Shown here: positions 26,073 to 35,756 of the stretch, one piece after another | How positions within the stretch are numbered: the stretch's first letter is position 1 | Layout of the letters: each line of letters starts with the position of its first letter | Source: Candidatus Poriferisocius sp. | Lineage (GTDB): Bacteria; Actinomycetota; Acidimicrobiia; Acidimicrobiales; Bin134 | Reading direction: 5' to 3' | Length of the DNA: 64,000 bases | NCBI RefSeq assembly: GCF_965219815.1 | Contig: NZ_OZ244791.1 | Location: forward strand, 1,866,413 to 1,930,412 | Notes under the pieces: model-generated | What the model was told of the DNA's origin: nothing | The model's database searches: none | Seen by the model: only the letters and a program-made list of their open reading frames with translations | Translations under genes and position numbers: made by a program

Positions 26073-28058
26073 TCAGCGACCGCCGCTGAGCACGTCGACG
26101 GCGGTGACCCCTGAAGTATGCACGATGAGCGGGTTGATCTCGGCCTCGGTGTGATGGCGGGCGGCGATGCGCCCGAGTCGAACCAGCACCTCCGCGGCAG
26201 CATCCCGGTCGCTGCGGGTGCGGCCTCGGTAGCCGTCCAGCAGCGTTCCGGCCCGGGTGGCGTCCAACAGGGCGTGGGCCTCGGCGGCGCTCAGCGGAGC
26301 GGGGGCGATGGCCACGTCGTCGACGAGCTCGGCCAGCACTCCTCCGAGGCCGGCCACAACGCAGGGGCCGGCCTCCGGGTCCACCCTGGTGCCGACGATC
26401 AGCTCTATGCCGGGCTCGGCCATGGGCTGGGCCACCACCACGGCGTCGGACAGGTCCAGCTCCCGGCGGCGGGCGTCCAGCCGCGCCGCGGCTGCCGCTA
26501 TGTCGCTGGGTACCACGTTGAGCTCAACCAGTCCGAGTTCGGTCTTGTGGTCGAGGCCATCGCCCAGCAGCTTGACTGCGGCCGGTTGGTCTTGGGCGTA
26601 TTCGGCGGGGGCGCAAGCCGGGGATGCGATGTCGGCCAGCAAATCGTCCAAGGTTTCATCCGGCCAGGTCTGCGGCTCTTCGTCCCGCGGCAAGTGGCGC
26701 CGCTTTTCCCACTCGGCCAGACAGCGGAACAGCCGATCGGGGGAGTTGAACACCGGGATGCCGGCGTCGGCCAGCTTGGGATAGTCCACAGAGTGCCATC
26801 CCGGCGTGCTGTAGACCGCCACCGGGGTTCCCTGCTGGGTCTGGGCCACGAGAGAGTCCATTTGCTTGTCGATGATGGTGTCGGGGCCGATCAGCATCCC
26901 ATGGACCAGCACGTCCAATCCGGGGTCGTCGCCCATGGCCTCGAGAGCGGCAGGCAGCAGACCGTGGTCAACCACCGACTGGCCGGTGAGGTCGAGGGGA
27001 TTGCGAGGGTCGCCCAGTGCCATGCGCTCGGCCAGGGCCGAGTGGGCCGCCGGCCCCAACGGGGGAACGTCGAAACCATGCTGGCGGGCTGAATCGGCCA
27101 GGATTCCGGCCATGGCCCCCGATGACGACAGCACACCGATCCGTTGCCCCCAGCGACCTCGGGCCAGGGGAAGCGCGGCCAGCTCGGCCAAGTCGTGGGC
27201 CATGAGAATGCCGTGTTGGCGGCAGCGAGCTGCGAATGCGTCGTAGTCGCCCACCAGGGCCCCGATGTGGGTACGGGCCGCATCGGCGCCCTCGGGGGAG
27301 CGGCCGGCCTTCATCATATGCACGGGTTTGCCTGCGGCTCGGGCCTCGTCAGCTGCGGCGAAGAACCGTTCGGCGTCGTGCAGCCCCTCGGCATACACCA
27401 CGATCTGCTCGGTGCGATCGTCGGTGGCCAAGAATCGGACGTAGTCGCCCACGGTGAGATCGATGCCGTTGCCCACGGCGAACCCCACGGTGAGGCCGAG
27501 GCCGTTGCCCAGCAGATGCTGGACCAGCGACGACACCAGGGCGCCGCTCTGGGATACCACGCCGAGATTTCCGGCGGGCAGCTCGTCGGCCATGGCATAG
27601 GGGGGAAACCCGGCGGGGATCCGGTCGATGCAGTTGATGACGCCGTTGGTGTTGGGTCCGCACACCGCCATGGGTGTATCGCTCAGGAATGCCTTCAACT
27701 CCAGGTCGAGCGGAGACCCGGCCCGGTCTCCTTCGCCGAACCCGCTGCTGAACAAGATGGCGGCCTGGCTGCCGAGCGCCTCGGCCTGGCGGAGAACGTC
27801 GATGGCGGCGGCCGCGGGCACCAGCACCAGCACCAGATCGGGGGTTGCCGGGAGGGATCCTAAATCGGGATAACAGGGCCGCCCTTCCAGCGTGTCGTAG
27901 CGGGGGTTGACCAGATAAAGATCGGCGGGCACATCGTGCTTGAGCAGGTTGCCCAGAGCCCACGAGGCCAGCTTGTTGCTCTCCAGCGGTGTTGCCCCCA
28001 CCAGCGCGATGGACTGGGGCCGTACCAGCGGGGTGAGGTCTTTGGCCGGTGCGCTCAT
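26073..28058 (-). CDS. ADP-forming acyl-CoA synthetase (acetate--CoA ligase family), paralogue of 318-2426
   Basis: 661 aa. CoA-binding N-terminus (PQSIALVGAT...NPRY), a CoA-ligase middle and a C-terminal ATP-grasp-like part. Confidence 0.8.
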   Translation of the reverse strand: MSAPAKDLTPLVRPQSIALVGATPLESNKLASWALGNLLKHDVPADLYLVNPRYDTLEGRPCYPDLGSLPATPDLVLVLVPAAAAIDVLRQAEALGSQAAILFSSGFGEGDRAGSPLDLELKAFLSDTPMAVCGPNTNGVINCIDRIPAGFPPYAMADELPAGNLGVVSQSGALVSSLVQHLLGNGLGLTVGFAVGNGIDLTVGDYVRFLATDDRTEQIVVYAEGLHDAERFFAAADEARAAGKPVHMMKAGRSPEGADAARTHIGALVGDYDAFAARCRQHGILMAHDLAELAALPLARGRWGQRIGVLSSSGAMAGILADSARQHGFDVPPLGPAAHSALAERMALGDPRNPLDLTGQSVVDHGLLPAALEAMGDDPGLDVLVHGMLIGPDTIIDKQMDSLVAQTQQGTPVAVYSTPGWHSVDYPKLADAGIPVFNSPDRLFRCLAEWEKRRHLPRDEEPQTWPDETLDDLLADIASPACAPAEYAQDQPAAVKLLGDGLDHKTELGLVELNVVPSDIAAAAARLDARRRELDLSDAVVVAQPMAEPGIELIVGTRVDPEAGPCVVAGLGGVLAELVDDVAIAPAPLSAAEAHALLDATRAGTLLDGYRGRTRSDRDAAAEVLVRLGRIAARHHTEAEINPLIVHTSGVTAVDVLSGGR

Positions 28059-28400
28059 TCAGCCGGAAATGGTCAGGCCTGCCTGGCCGGTGCGAACCAC
28101 CATGAACTCCATGCCCTCATGTCCCGCAGTGAAGCCGTACTCCACGTTGGCGGCCAGCAGCAGCGTGTCGGGCGGCTCCACCACCACACCGCTGTCAAGG
28201 GTGGCGCTGCCAGCCAAGACCACCATTATCTCATCTCGGTCGTGACTGTGGGGAGGGATCACATAGCCGGGGGCCAGCCGTATAGCGTGCGCGAAGAACG
28301 ACCCCCGGTGCAGCCATGCCTTCTGCAAATCGGTGTCATCGGGGTCGGGGTTCTCACCGGGCTGGAACCACTCCAGGTCGCGATATCGGGTGAGGGCCAT
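28059..28400 (-). CDS. cupin domain protein
   Basis: 113 aa. LAPGYVIPPHSHDRDEIMVVLAG matches cupin motif 1. Abuts the synthetase start. Confidence 0.7.
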   Translation of the reverse strand: MALTRYRDLEWFQPGENPDPDDTDLQKAWLHRGSFFAHAIRLAPGYVIPPHSHDRDEIMVVLAGSATLDSGVVVEPPDTLLLAANVEYGFTAGHEGMEFMVVRTGQAGLTISG

Positions 28401-28453
28401 GGAGAATTCGTAGCACGGCCAGCCCGGTTCTGGCTCTTGGGCGGGCGAATAAC

Positions 28454-29488
28454 ATGGCCTCGATGCATGTTGTGGTAGCCGGTGCCGGAGGAATTGGCGG
28501 TGCTATAGCCGGCGAGGTGGCCCTCGGGGGTGGAGAAGTCAGCGTGATCGACGCTTGGGCCGAACACGTGGAGGCCATTCGTACCGACGGCCTGCGCCTG
28601 GTGGGCCCAGATTCGACTGGGGAGCGAACAGTCCGGCTGCCCGCGTGGCATATCGAAGAGTGGCCGCGGCTGGCCCCCATCGATGTTTTGGTAATCGCGG
28701 CCAAGGCGTTTGACAACCGGTGGCTCGTCCCGCGGTTGGCTCCTCGACTGGCCGACGGCGCCACCGTGGTCTCGGCCCAGAACGGGGTCAACGAACCCCT
28801 GCTGGCCGAGCTGCTGGGTCCAGAGCGGGTGATTGGTGCCGTCGTGCTGTTTCCCGCCGCGGTTGTCAAGCCGGGTCAGGTGAGGCTCGACTGGCATCCC
28901 ATGCTTCAGATTGGCGAGCTCAATGGATCCCGCACCGACCGGCTGGAGCGGGTGTCGTCGGCGCTGGGGGAGGGGATCGACACCCCGGTGAGCGGCAACA
29001 TCTGGGGGGCCATCTGGTCGAAGCTGGTGATGAACTGCATGAGCAACCCAGTCAACGCGGTGCTTGGGGGCCGGGCCCGAGATTGCCGGGAGCAACCCGG
29101 TCCTCGCCGGGTGAGCTTGGCCTGTGGTTCGGAGGCCGTGGCGATTGGCCAGGCCCGAGGCCTCGCCATCGATCCGGTGAGCGGTATAGAAGCCCAGCGC
29201 ATCCTGACTGGGGGCGAGGGCGGACCAGGGGCCGCCGAGCTGGCCGCCGACTGGGCGGCCACCGCCGCCGAACTGGGTGAGGTCAAGGGTTCGATGCCCA
29301 CCGACATCGAACAAGGCCGCAAAACCGAGATCGACTCGTTCAGCGGGTTTGTCAGCCAGGAGGGAGTGCGATTGGGCATCCCCACTCCGGCCAATGATGC
29401 GGTGCTCAAGGTGGTGCAAGAGATCGAGTCCGGCCGGAGAGCACCCGGTCTTCAGAATCTGGATGAGCTGTTGAGGGTGCTGGGCTAG
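28454..29488 (+). CDS. 2-dehydropantoate 2-reductase family protein (ApbA/PanE-like)
   Basis: N-terminal VVAGAGGIGG Rossmann motif, WSKLVMNCMSNPV, and SMPTDIEQGRKTEID, typical of the ketopantoate reductase C-terminal domain. Confidence 0.8.
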   Translation: MASMHVVVAGAGGIGGAIAGEVALGGGEVSVIDAWAEHVEAIRTDGLRLVGPDSTGERTVRLPAWHIEEWPRLAPIDVLVIAAKAFDNRWLVPRLAPRLADGATVVSAQNGVNEPLLAELLGPERVIGAVVLFPAAVVKPGQVRLDWHPMLQIGELNGSRTDRLERVSSALGEGIDTPVSGNIWGAIWSKLVMNCMSNPVNAVLGGRARDCREQPGPRRVSLACGSEAVAIGQARGLAIDPVSGIEAQRILTGGEGGPGAAELAADWAATAAELGEVKGSMPTDIEQGRKTEIDSFSGFVSQEGVRLGIPTPANDAVLKVVQEIESGRRAPGLQNLDELLRVLG

Positions 29489-30264
29489 CGGCCCTGCCAG
29501 CGGGGAGGGCGCTTCTCGGCGAAGGCCCGAGGGCCCTCTTGGGCATCGTCGCTGGCGTAGACCGGCTGGTAGATCTCGTCGGCCACGGCCGCGGCCTCAG
29601 CGGGTGACAGGCCGGCGGTGGCTCGGATCATGGCTTTGCCGGCGCGGACGGTGAGCGGCGCGTTGGCGGCGATTGTTGCCGCGAGTTCGGCCGTTACCGA
29701 CATCAGCTGATCTGCGGGCACCACCCGGTTGACCAGACCGAGCTCGTAGGCCCGCTGGGCGCTGATCGGCTCGGCGGTACACAGCAGTTCGATGGCCGCC
29801 CGAGGGGGAATGAGCCAGCCCAGCTGGGCGGCCCACGGCGAGCCCCGGCCCACCTTGGCCTCAAAGATGCCGAAGCGGGCATGGTCGGCGGCCACGCACA
29901 AGTCGCACTGCATGACCAGGTTGAAGCCGAAGGCATAGGCCACGCCGTTCACTGCGGCGATGACCGGCTTGGTGACTCCGCCGTCGGCCAAGCGCCCCCC
30001 GACGAATTGGGAGGGCAGCCCCCGCTCGGCTCGGGCAGCCATCTCCTTCAGGTCGGCCCCGGCCGAGAAGGCGGCTTCGCCGGTGCCGGTGAGCACGGCC
30101 GCCGCGACGTCGTCGTCGGATTCGACCCGGTCCCACGCTTCGGCCAAGCCCTCCGAAACCGCCTGGTTGACAGCGTTGCGGGCTTCGGGGCGATTGATGG
30201 TCACCCACGCCACCCCATCTCTGACCTCGAACAGGACCGCGTCAGCGGCCGGTTGGTCAACCAT
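29485..30264 (-). CDS. enoyl-CoA hydratase/isomerase (crotonase) family protein
   Basis: 259 aa. VAWVTINRPEARNA, FSAGADLKE and AAVNGVAYAFGFNLVMQCD. Confidence 0.9.
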   Translation of the reverse strand: MVDQPAADAVLFEVRDGVAWVTINRPEARNAVNQAVSEGLAEAWDRVESDDDVAAAVLTGTGEAAFSAGADLKEMAARAERGLPSQFVGGRLADGGVTKPVIAAVNGVAYAFGFNLVMQCDLCVAADHARFGIFEAKVGRGSPWAAQLGWLIPPRAAIELLCTAEPISAQRAYELGLVNRVVPADQLMSVTAELAATIAANAPLTVRAGKAMIRATAGLSPAEAAAVADEIYQPVYASDDAQEGPRAFAEKRPPRWQGR

Positions 30265-30868
30265 CGCGCACCCCCAGGGCCAGGTAGTGGTCGTCGGCGT
30301 CGTCCAAGTGCTCCAGGGTCCAGCCCCCCTCCGCCAGCAGCGGTCCGATGCGGTGGGGGTCGATGTTCATGTCGTGGGCGTGGGCGCCACGATGCTTGTG
30401 GCGGGCGGCCAGAGCGAGGCGGCCGATGGGGTGGAACACGCCCAGCCGAGCGCCGGGCTGAGCCACCCGGGCCATCTCTCGCAGCGTGCCCACGGGATCG
30501 GGCAGGTGGGGAAGCAGCCCCGCAGCCAGGATCCCGGCCACGCAGTTCTCCCGAACCGGGAGTGCGCCGACGTCGCCCACTACGCAAACTGAAATGGCCT
30601 GGCGTCCCAGCCGGGCGGCTTCGCAGAGCATGGCGGGGGTGGCGTCGATGCCCAGCACCGCGCCCTGGGGTCCAACCGCTGCCCGCATTGGGGCGAGCGC
30701 CCGTCCCGATCCACAGCCGGCGTCAATAGCCACATCGCCGGGGGACAGCTTGAGCTGGTTCACCGCCCAATTGAACAAGACGTCGTCATCGGGATGGCGG
30801 TCCTCCCAGCCGGCGGCTCGAGAGGTGAAGAACTCCCGGGTTTGCACCAAGTCTCGTGACAGACCCAT
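30257..30868 (-). CDS. class I SAM-dependent methyltransferase
   Basis: 203 aa. Motif I is VAIDAGCGSGR. Overlaps the crotonase start by 8 nt. Confidence 0.75.
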   Translation of the reverse strand: MGLSRDLVQTREFFTSRAAGWEDRHPDDDVLFNWAVNQLKLSPGDVAIDAGCGSGRALAPMRAAVGPQGAVLGIDATPAMLCEAARLGRQAISVCVVGDVGALPVRENCVAGILAAGLLPHLPDPVGTLREMARVAQPGARLGVFHPIGRLALAARHKHRGAHAHDMNIDPHRIGPLLAEGGWTLEHLDDADDHYLALGVRDG

Positions 30869-30913
30869 CAGCCCCTCAATTCTGGTGGTTTCCCAGAGGG
30901 AGATTCCATGGGA

Positions 30914-31339
30914 TCAGACGGTACCGGGCAGTTGGCGGGCCGATGCGATGAGGGCGGACAGCTCCGCGGCGGTGGCGGGGCCGGCCAGCGAGGCGCACAC
31001 CGCCCCAGAGCGATCGGCCAACACCACCAGAGGAACGGCGTCGACCGCATAGCGGCGGTGCAGGTCGCCATGGCGGCGGTACTCCACTTCTTGCACCGCA
31101 AGTGAGTCGTTGGCCAAGCCCTCGGCCTCCTTCACCACCACGGCGCAGGTCGAGCAAGTCTTGGAAGTGAACACCGCCAACAGCCACTCGGCATTGGGCT
31201 GGGCGAAATCCCAGCGCTCCAGTCGGGTGGGCACCGAGTATGTCGGTGCAGTGGGGTTCGAAGGGCGGAAGCGACGATAGAGCCAGGCCACTGCCAGTGC
31301 CCCGACTATTACCCCCAGCGCGATCAGGGTGCGGGCCAC
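30914..31339 (-). CDS. membrane-anchored thioredoxin-like protein (CxxC)
   Basis: The upstream part of track ORF 30914-31588 overlaps ftsH. The GTG at 31339 gives a TM helix ([17 protein letters not shown]) followed by FTSKTCSTCAVV (CxxC) and a thioredoxin-like C-terminus. The start is uncertain. Confidence 0.5.
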   Translation of the reverse strand: MARTLIALGVIVGALAVAWLYRRFRPSNPTAPTYSVPTRLERWDFAQPNAEWLLAVFTSKTCSTCAVVVKEAEGLANDSLAVQEVEYRRHGDLHRRYAVDAVPLVVLADRSGAVCASLAGPATAAELSALIASARQLPGTV

Positions 31340-33381
31340 GTCTCCGGGGTGTCGGGCTCCTCCAGGTTGGTCGAGGAGGCAACAGTGGTTGTGGCCGTGC
31401 CCCGCGTCCCGCCCGAGCTGCGAGACCCCAGAGCAGCTCCGATGATGTCTCGGGGATCTCCGATGGGGCCCTCGTCGCCCAGCTCCACCAGCCTGCCGAC
31501 TTCCTCGCCGGAGATGGTCTCGTGCTCCAGCAGTGCCCGAGCCACCAGATCGAGGCCGTTGCGGTGTTTGGTCAAAACTTCCCGGCATCGGTTCTCCTGG
31601 GCCCGCAAAATCTCAGCCACTTCCTCGTCGATGACCCGGGCCGTCTCGTCGCTGTACTCCCGATTGGTCATCATCTCGTCGCCCAAAAACACCTGTCCCG
31701 CGCTCCGCCAGGCCATCGGCCCGATGCGGTCGCTCATGCCCCACTCCCGCACCATGCGGCGGGCGAACTCGGTGGCGCCGGCCAGGTCGTCGGCCGCGCC
31801 GCTGGAAGACACGCCGAACACCAGCTCCTCGGCGATGCGCCCGCCCATGCGCATGACCAGCATGTCGTCCAAGTAGTCGCGTCGCAGGGTGTGCCGGTCT
31901 TCCTCGGGAAGGGTCATGGTCACCCCCAGGGCCATGCCCCGGGGAATGATGGTCACCTTGTGCAGCGGGTCGGCCTTGGGCAGCACGGCGGCGCACACCG
32001 CATGGCCGGCCTCGTGATAGGCGGTGATCTGCCGCTCCTCCTCGGACATGACCATGGACTCGCGCCGCTGGCCCATCAGCACCCGGTCGCGGGCGTTCTC
32101 GAAATGGATCATGCGGATCTGATCGGATTCGCTGCGCACCGCGAACAGCGCAGCCTCGTTCACCAGATTGGCGAGGTCGGCCCCGCTCATGCCCGGTGAT
32201 CCCCGGGCGATCAGCGGGAGGTCTACATCGGCGGCGATCTTCTTCGACCGAACGTGGACGTTGAGGATCTGGAGCCGGTCGTCGGCTTCGGGCAGGGGGA
32301 CCACCACTTGGCGGTCGAAGCGTCCGGGCCGCAGCAGCGCCGGGTCCAAGATGTCGGGACGGTTGGTGGCCGCCATCATCACGATGCCCTCGGTGGCCTC
32401 AAAGCCGTCCATCTCGGCCAGCATCTGGTTGAGGGTCTGCTCCCGCTCGTCGTGGCCTCCGCCCAGGCCAGCGCCCCGCTTGCGGCCGATGGAGTCGATC
32501 TCGTCGACGAAGATGATGGCACGGCCCATCTTCCGGGCAGATTGGAACAGGTCCCGCACCCGGCTGGCGCCCACCCCGACGAACATCTCCATGAAGTCCG
32601 ACCCGGTGACCGACAGGAACGGCACCCCGGCCTCGCCGGCCACCGCCCGGGCGATGAGCGTCTTGCCGGTGCCCGGCGGCCCCACCAGCAGCACTCCCTT
32701 GGGGATGCGGGCACCGATCTGGGCGAACTTGTCGGGATGTTTGAGGAAGTCGACCACCTCGACGATTTCCTTCTTCACCCCTTCGTAACCGGCCACGTCA
32801 TCGAAGGACGTTTCGGGTCGTTCGGTGGTGTAGGTCTTGGCCTTGGACCGGCCGATTGACATGATCCCGCTCATCTGCCCCTGAGCCCGGCGCTGGAACC
32901 ACCAGAAGATCAAGAAGATCAGCGCCACCGGGATCAGCAGGGGCAGGATGCTGGCCCAGATGCTGCTGCGGGGGGTGTGGAACTCGAACGTGTCGATGTT
33001 CTTCAGCAGGACTTCCTCATTGGCGTCTCCCAGCGGGACGCTGCCGGTGGTGTGGAACTTGGAGACGGCCACCGTCTCCCCTTCGATCTCCACCGTCGCG
33101 CCCTCTTCCATCGTGCCCTTGATCTCGCCGGTGTTGTTGTTGTACTCCGCTTCCGCAACCTTGTCGTTCTCGGCCGCGTCCAAGAGCACGTCGAAGGAGA
33201 TCTGCCTGCCGTTGTCGTCGCCGCGCCATACATTGGAGAACAGCAGGGCGGCCAACAGGCCCAGCACGATGAACCACACCCAGCGCGGCATCCGGCTTGG
33301 TGTGGGCTGCTGCTGACCCGGGCCGCGCTCGGGGTCTCGCCGCTCAGGCGACGGGGGAGGCGGCGGCGGGGGAGAGGCCAT
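31324..33381 (-). CDS. ftsH: ATP-dependent zinc metalloprotease FtsH
   Basis: 685 aa. Two N-terminal TM segments, Walker A GPPGTGKT, the AAA second region of homology, and the zinc motif HEAGHA. Confidence 0.97.
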   Translation of the reverse strand: MASPPPPPPPSPERRDPERGPGQQQPTPSRMPRWVWFIVLGLLAALLFSNVWRGDDNGRQISFDVLLDAAENDKVAEAEYNNNTGEIKGTMEEGATVEIEGETVAVSKFHTTGSVPLGDANEEVLLKNIDTFEFHTPRSSIWASILPLLIPVALIFLIFWWFQRRAQGQMSGIMSIGRSKAKTYTTERPETSFDDVAGYEGVKKEIVEVVDFLKHPDKFAQIGARIPKGVLLVGPPGTGKTLIARAVAGEAGVPFLSVTGSDFMEMFVGVGASRVRDLFQSARKMGRAIIFVDEIDSIGRKRGAGLGGGHDEREQTLNQMLAEMDGFEATEGIVMMAATNRPDILDPALLRPGRFDRQVVVPLPEADDRLQILNVHVRSKKIAADVDLPLIARGSPGMSGADLANLVNEAALFAVRSESDQIRMIHFENARDRVLMGQRRESMVMSEEERQITAYHEAGHAVCAAVLPKADPLHKVTIIPRGMALGVTMTLPEEDRHTLRRDYLDDMLVMRMGGRIAEELVFGVSSSGAADDLAGATEFARRMVREWGMSDRIGPMAWRSAGQVFLGDEMMTNREYSDETARVIDEEVAEILRAQENRCREVLTKHRNGLDLVARALLEHETISGEEVGRLVELGDEGPIGDPRDIIGAALGSRSSGGTRGTATTTVASSTNLEEPDTPETWPAP

Positions 33382-33403
33382 TGCGCAATTCTACGAGGGC
33401 TCG

Positions 33404-34216
33404 GTGACAAAGTCACCATTACGCTGCGGGCCGGTGGAGGCCGCGAAGCTGAGCAAAGAGCGAGAGATCCGGTGGGGTCTGCCCGATGTCTTCATCGGGG
33501 TGGTGTTCTCCTGGGTGGCCGCGGTGGTGGTTTTCTTGGGTGTTCTGGCCGCGGTTGGGTTGGATACCGGGGGGACCACTGGCACCGGGTCATACGTGGG
33601 GCGCTACGGGTTGAGCGACGCCATAAGCCAGGAGCGCAACGACCCAGCGCTGCCGCTTTGGACCCTGCCGGTGGGCCAGATCGGGCTGTGGGGCGGGTTC
33701 GCATTGGCCACCTTGGTGGCCGGCACACTGCGAGGTACGGGACTACGGCGCGATTTCGGCCTGTCGATGAAGGCGTCGGATGTGCCTGTGGGGCTGTTGG
33801 TGGGGGTGTTCGCCCAGATCGCGGTGGTTTGGCTTATCTATGCGCCGTTCCAGCAGTTCTTCGACTTTGACGTGAGCGAGGCCGCCCGCGAGATCACCGA
33901 CCGCGCCGCCACCGGCAGCGACATCGCTCTGGTGATGCTGGGGGTGGTGGTGGGGGCGCCCATCTTCGAAGAGCTCTTCTTCCGCGGTCTGGTGCTGCGG
34001 GCGTTCGAGCGCAAATGGGGGGCAGTGATAGGCGTGCTGGCCTCTTCGGCCCTGTTCGGAGCGGTTCACTTCCAACTCCTCCAGTTCCCCGCGCTCATGG
34101 CCTTCGGAATCATCGCCGCCCTGCTGGTGAAACGCTACAAGCGACTGGGGCCGGCCATCTGGGCCCACGTCGGCTTCAATCTGATAGCGGTGATCAACCT
34201 GATCTGGCTGGCTTGA
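33404..34216 (+). CDS. CPBP family intramembrane glutamic endopeptidase (CAAX protease-like)
   Basis: Polytopic protein with the EELFFRG and FGAVH motifs. Confidence 0.8.
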   Translation: MTKSPLRCGPVEAAKLSKEREIRWGLPDVFIGVVFSWVAAVVVFLGVLAAVGLDTGGTTGTGSYVGRYGLSDAISQERNDPALPLWTLPVGQIGLWGGFALATLVAGTLRGTGLRRDFGLSMKASDVPVGLLVGVFAQIAVVWLIYAPFQQFFDFDVSEAAREITDRAATGSDIALVMLGVVVGAPIFEELFFRGLVLRAFERKWGAVIGVLASSALFGAVHFQLLQFPALMAFGIIAALLVKRYKRLGPAIWAHVGFNLIAVINLIWLA

Positions 34217-34284
34217 GCCCGATTTCGCCTAACTTGAAGCCGTGAGCACTGGGTTGGCAGCAAGATTTTGAGGGCCTGGATGCG

Positions 34285-35436
34285 ATGAGCACGCCGGGTG
34301 TTCTGATTGGGGCAGTCCAGCCCTACGCGTGGGGGTCGCGGGAGGTGCTGCCCCGGATCATGGGCGTTCCGCCCACCGGCGAGGCCCAGGCAGAGCTGTG
34401 GTTGGGCGCCCACCCCCGGGCACCGTCCATGCTGCGGCGCGACGGTGTGGATCGGCCCCTAAGCGAGGTGATCGCCCAAGACCCGGAGGCAGAGCTGGGC
34501 GCGGAAACGGCCCGGTTGTTCCGCGGTGAGCTGCCCTTTCTGCTCAAGATCCTGGCCGTAGACCAGCCCCTCTCGCTCCAGACCCACCCCACTCGCCAGC
34601 AGGCTCAAGCGGGGTACGACTCAGAGGAAGACCAGGGCATCCCCGTCGACGCCGACCACCGCTCATATCGCGACCGCAACCACAAACCGGAGCTGATCTG
34701 TGCGCTCGAGCCGTTCACCGCCCTGTGCGGGTTCCGGTCGCCGGATTCCGCCGCCGCTCTATTCGACTCGCTGGAGGTTGCCGCTCTGGCCCCGGCAACT
34801 GGTTGCCTGCAAGCAGGGGAGATCGCCCCAGCCCTTCGGTGCCTGCTGGAGCGCTCCCCACAAGCCGGCGCGGACATCGCCCATCAGGTGGTGGCGGCTT
34901 GCGCTCAGCCCGGCCCGTTTCCCGATGAGAGGCAGTGGGCGGTGCGGATCGGGGAGCGGCATCCCGGAGACATCGGGGTGGCTGTGGCCCTGATGCTGAA
35001 CCTGGTCCGCCTCAACCCCGGCCAGGCCCTCTTTCTGGAAGCAGGCAACCTGCACGTGTACCTGCACGGAGTAGCGGTGGAGATCATGGCCAACAGCGAC
35101 AACGTGCTGAGGGGCGGTCTCACCGTCAAGCATGTGGACGTTCCCGCGGTGCTGGAAGTGGTGAATTGTCGCCCCATCGACGTGCCCGTGCAAAGCCCCG
35201 ACGGTCCGTGTTTCTCCTTCCAGGCGCCGGCACCCGACTTTGGGCTTGCCCGCGTCGAGTTGGACGGGGCGCGGCGGTTTCTTCCCACAGGGCCGGAAAT
35301 CGTGCTCTGCACATCGGGGCGTGCGAGCGTGGCGGGTCACGAGATCACCGGCGGCGGAGCAGTGTGGGTGCCGGCGGGGACCGGCGAGTATGACGTCGTC
35401 GGGACCGCGCTGCTGTTCCGGGCGGCAACTGGATGA
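34285..35436 (+). CDS. manA: mannose-6-phosphate isomerase, class I
   Basis: 383 aa. QPYAWGS, LPFLLKILAVDQPLSLQTHP and HKPELICAL. Confidence 0.85.
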   Translation: MSTPGVLIGAVQPYAWGSREVLPRIMGVPPTGEAQAELWLGAHPRAPSMLRRDGVDRPLSEVIAQDPEAELGAETARLFRGELPFLLKILAVDQPLSLQTHPTRQQAQAGYDSEEDQGIPVDADHRSYRDRNHKPELICALEPFTALCGFRSPDSAAALFDSLEVAALAPATGCLQAGEIAPALRCLLERSPQAGADIAHQVVAACAQPGPFPDERQWAVRIGERHPGDIGVAVALMLNLVRLNPGQALFLEAGNLHVYLHGVAVEIMANSDNVLRGGLTVKHVDVPAVLEVVNCRPIDVPVQSPDGPCFSFQAPAPDFGLARVELDGARRFLPTGPEIVLCTSGRASVAGHEITGGGAVWVPAGTGEYDVVGTALLFRAATG

Positions 35437-35467
35437 TCGTGGTGGCTGCTTCAACTAGAGGCAGCGG

Positions 35468-35722
35468 TTGAGTAAGACTGTGGCCATGGCGCTGGATCCC
35501 CGACTGCTCGAGATTCTGGCCTGTCCTGACGACAAGGGGCCGCTGCTGTACTTTCCCGATGAGGACTCGCTGTACAACCCCCGCCTGCACCGCCGTTATC
35601 TCGTGGAGGATGACATCCCCAACATGCTCATTGACGAGGCCGAGACGGTGGACGATTCCGAGCACGAGCGATTGATGGCCAGAGCAGAGTCTGAGTCCAT
35701 TCCCTTCACCTTCACTCCGTGA
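35468..35722 (+). CDS. Trm112 family protein (UPF0434)
   Basis: 84 aa. LLEILACPDDKGPL...VEDDIPNMLIDEA is typical of the family. Confidence 0.7.
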   Translation: MSKTVAMALDPRLLEILACPDDKGPLLYFPDEDSLYNPRLHRRYLVEDDIPNMLIDEAETVDDSEHERLMARAESESIPFTFTP

Positions 35723-35756
35723 GAGCCATCTCACGTCTCGTGGATCGGAGAATGCG

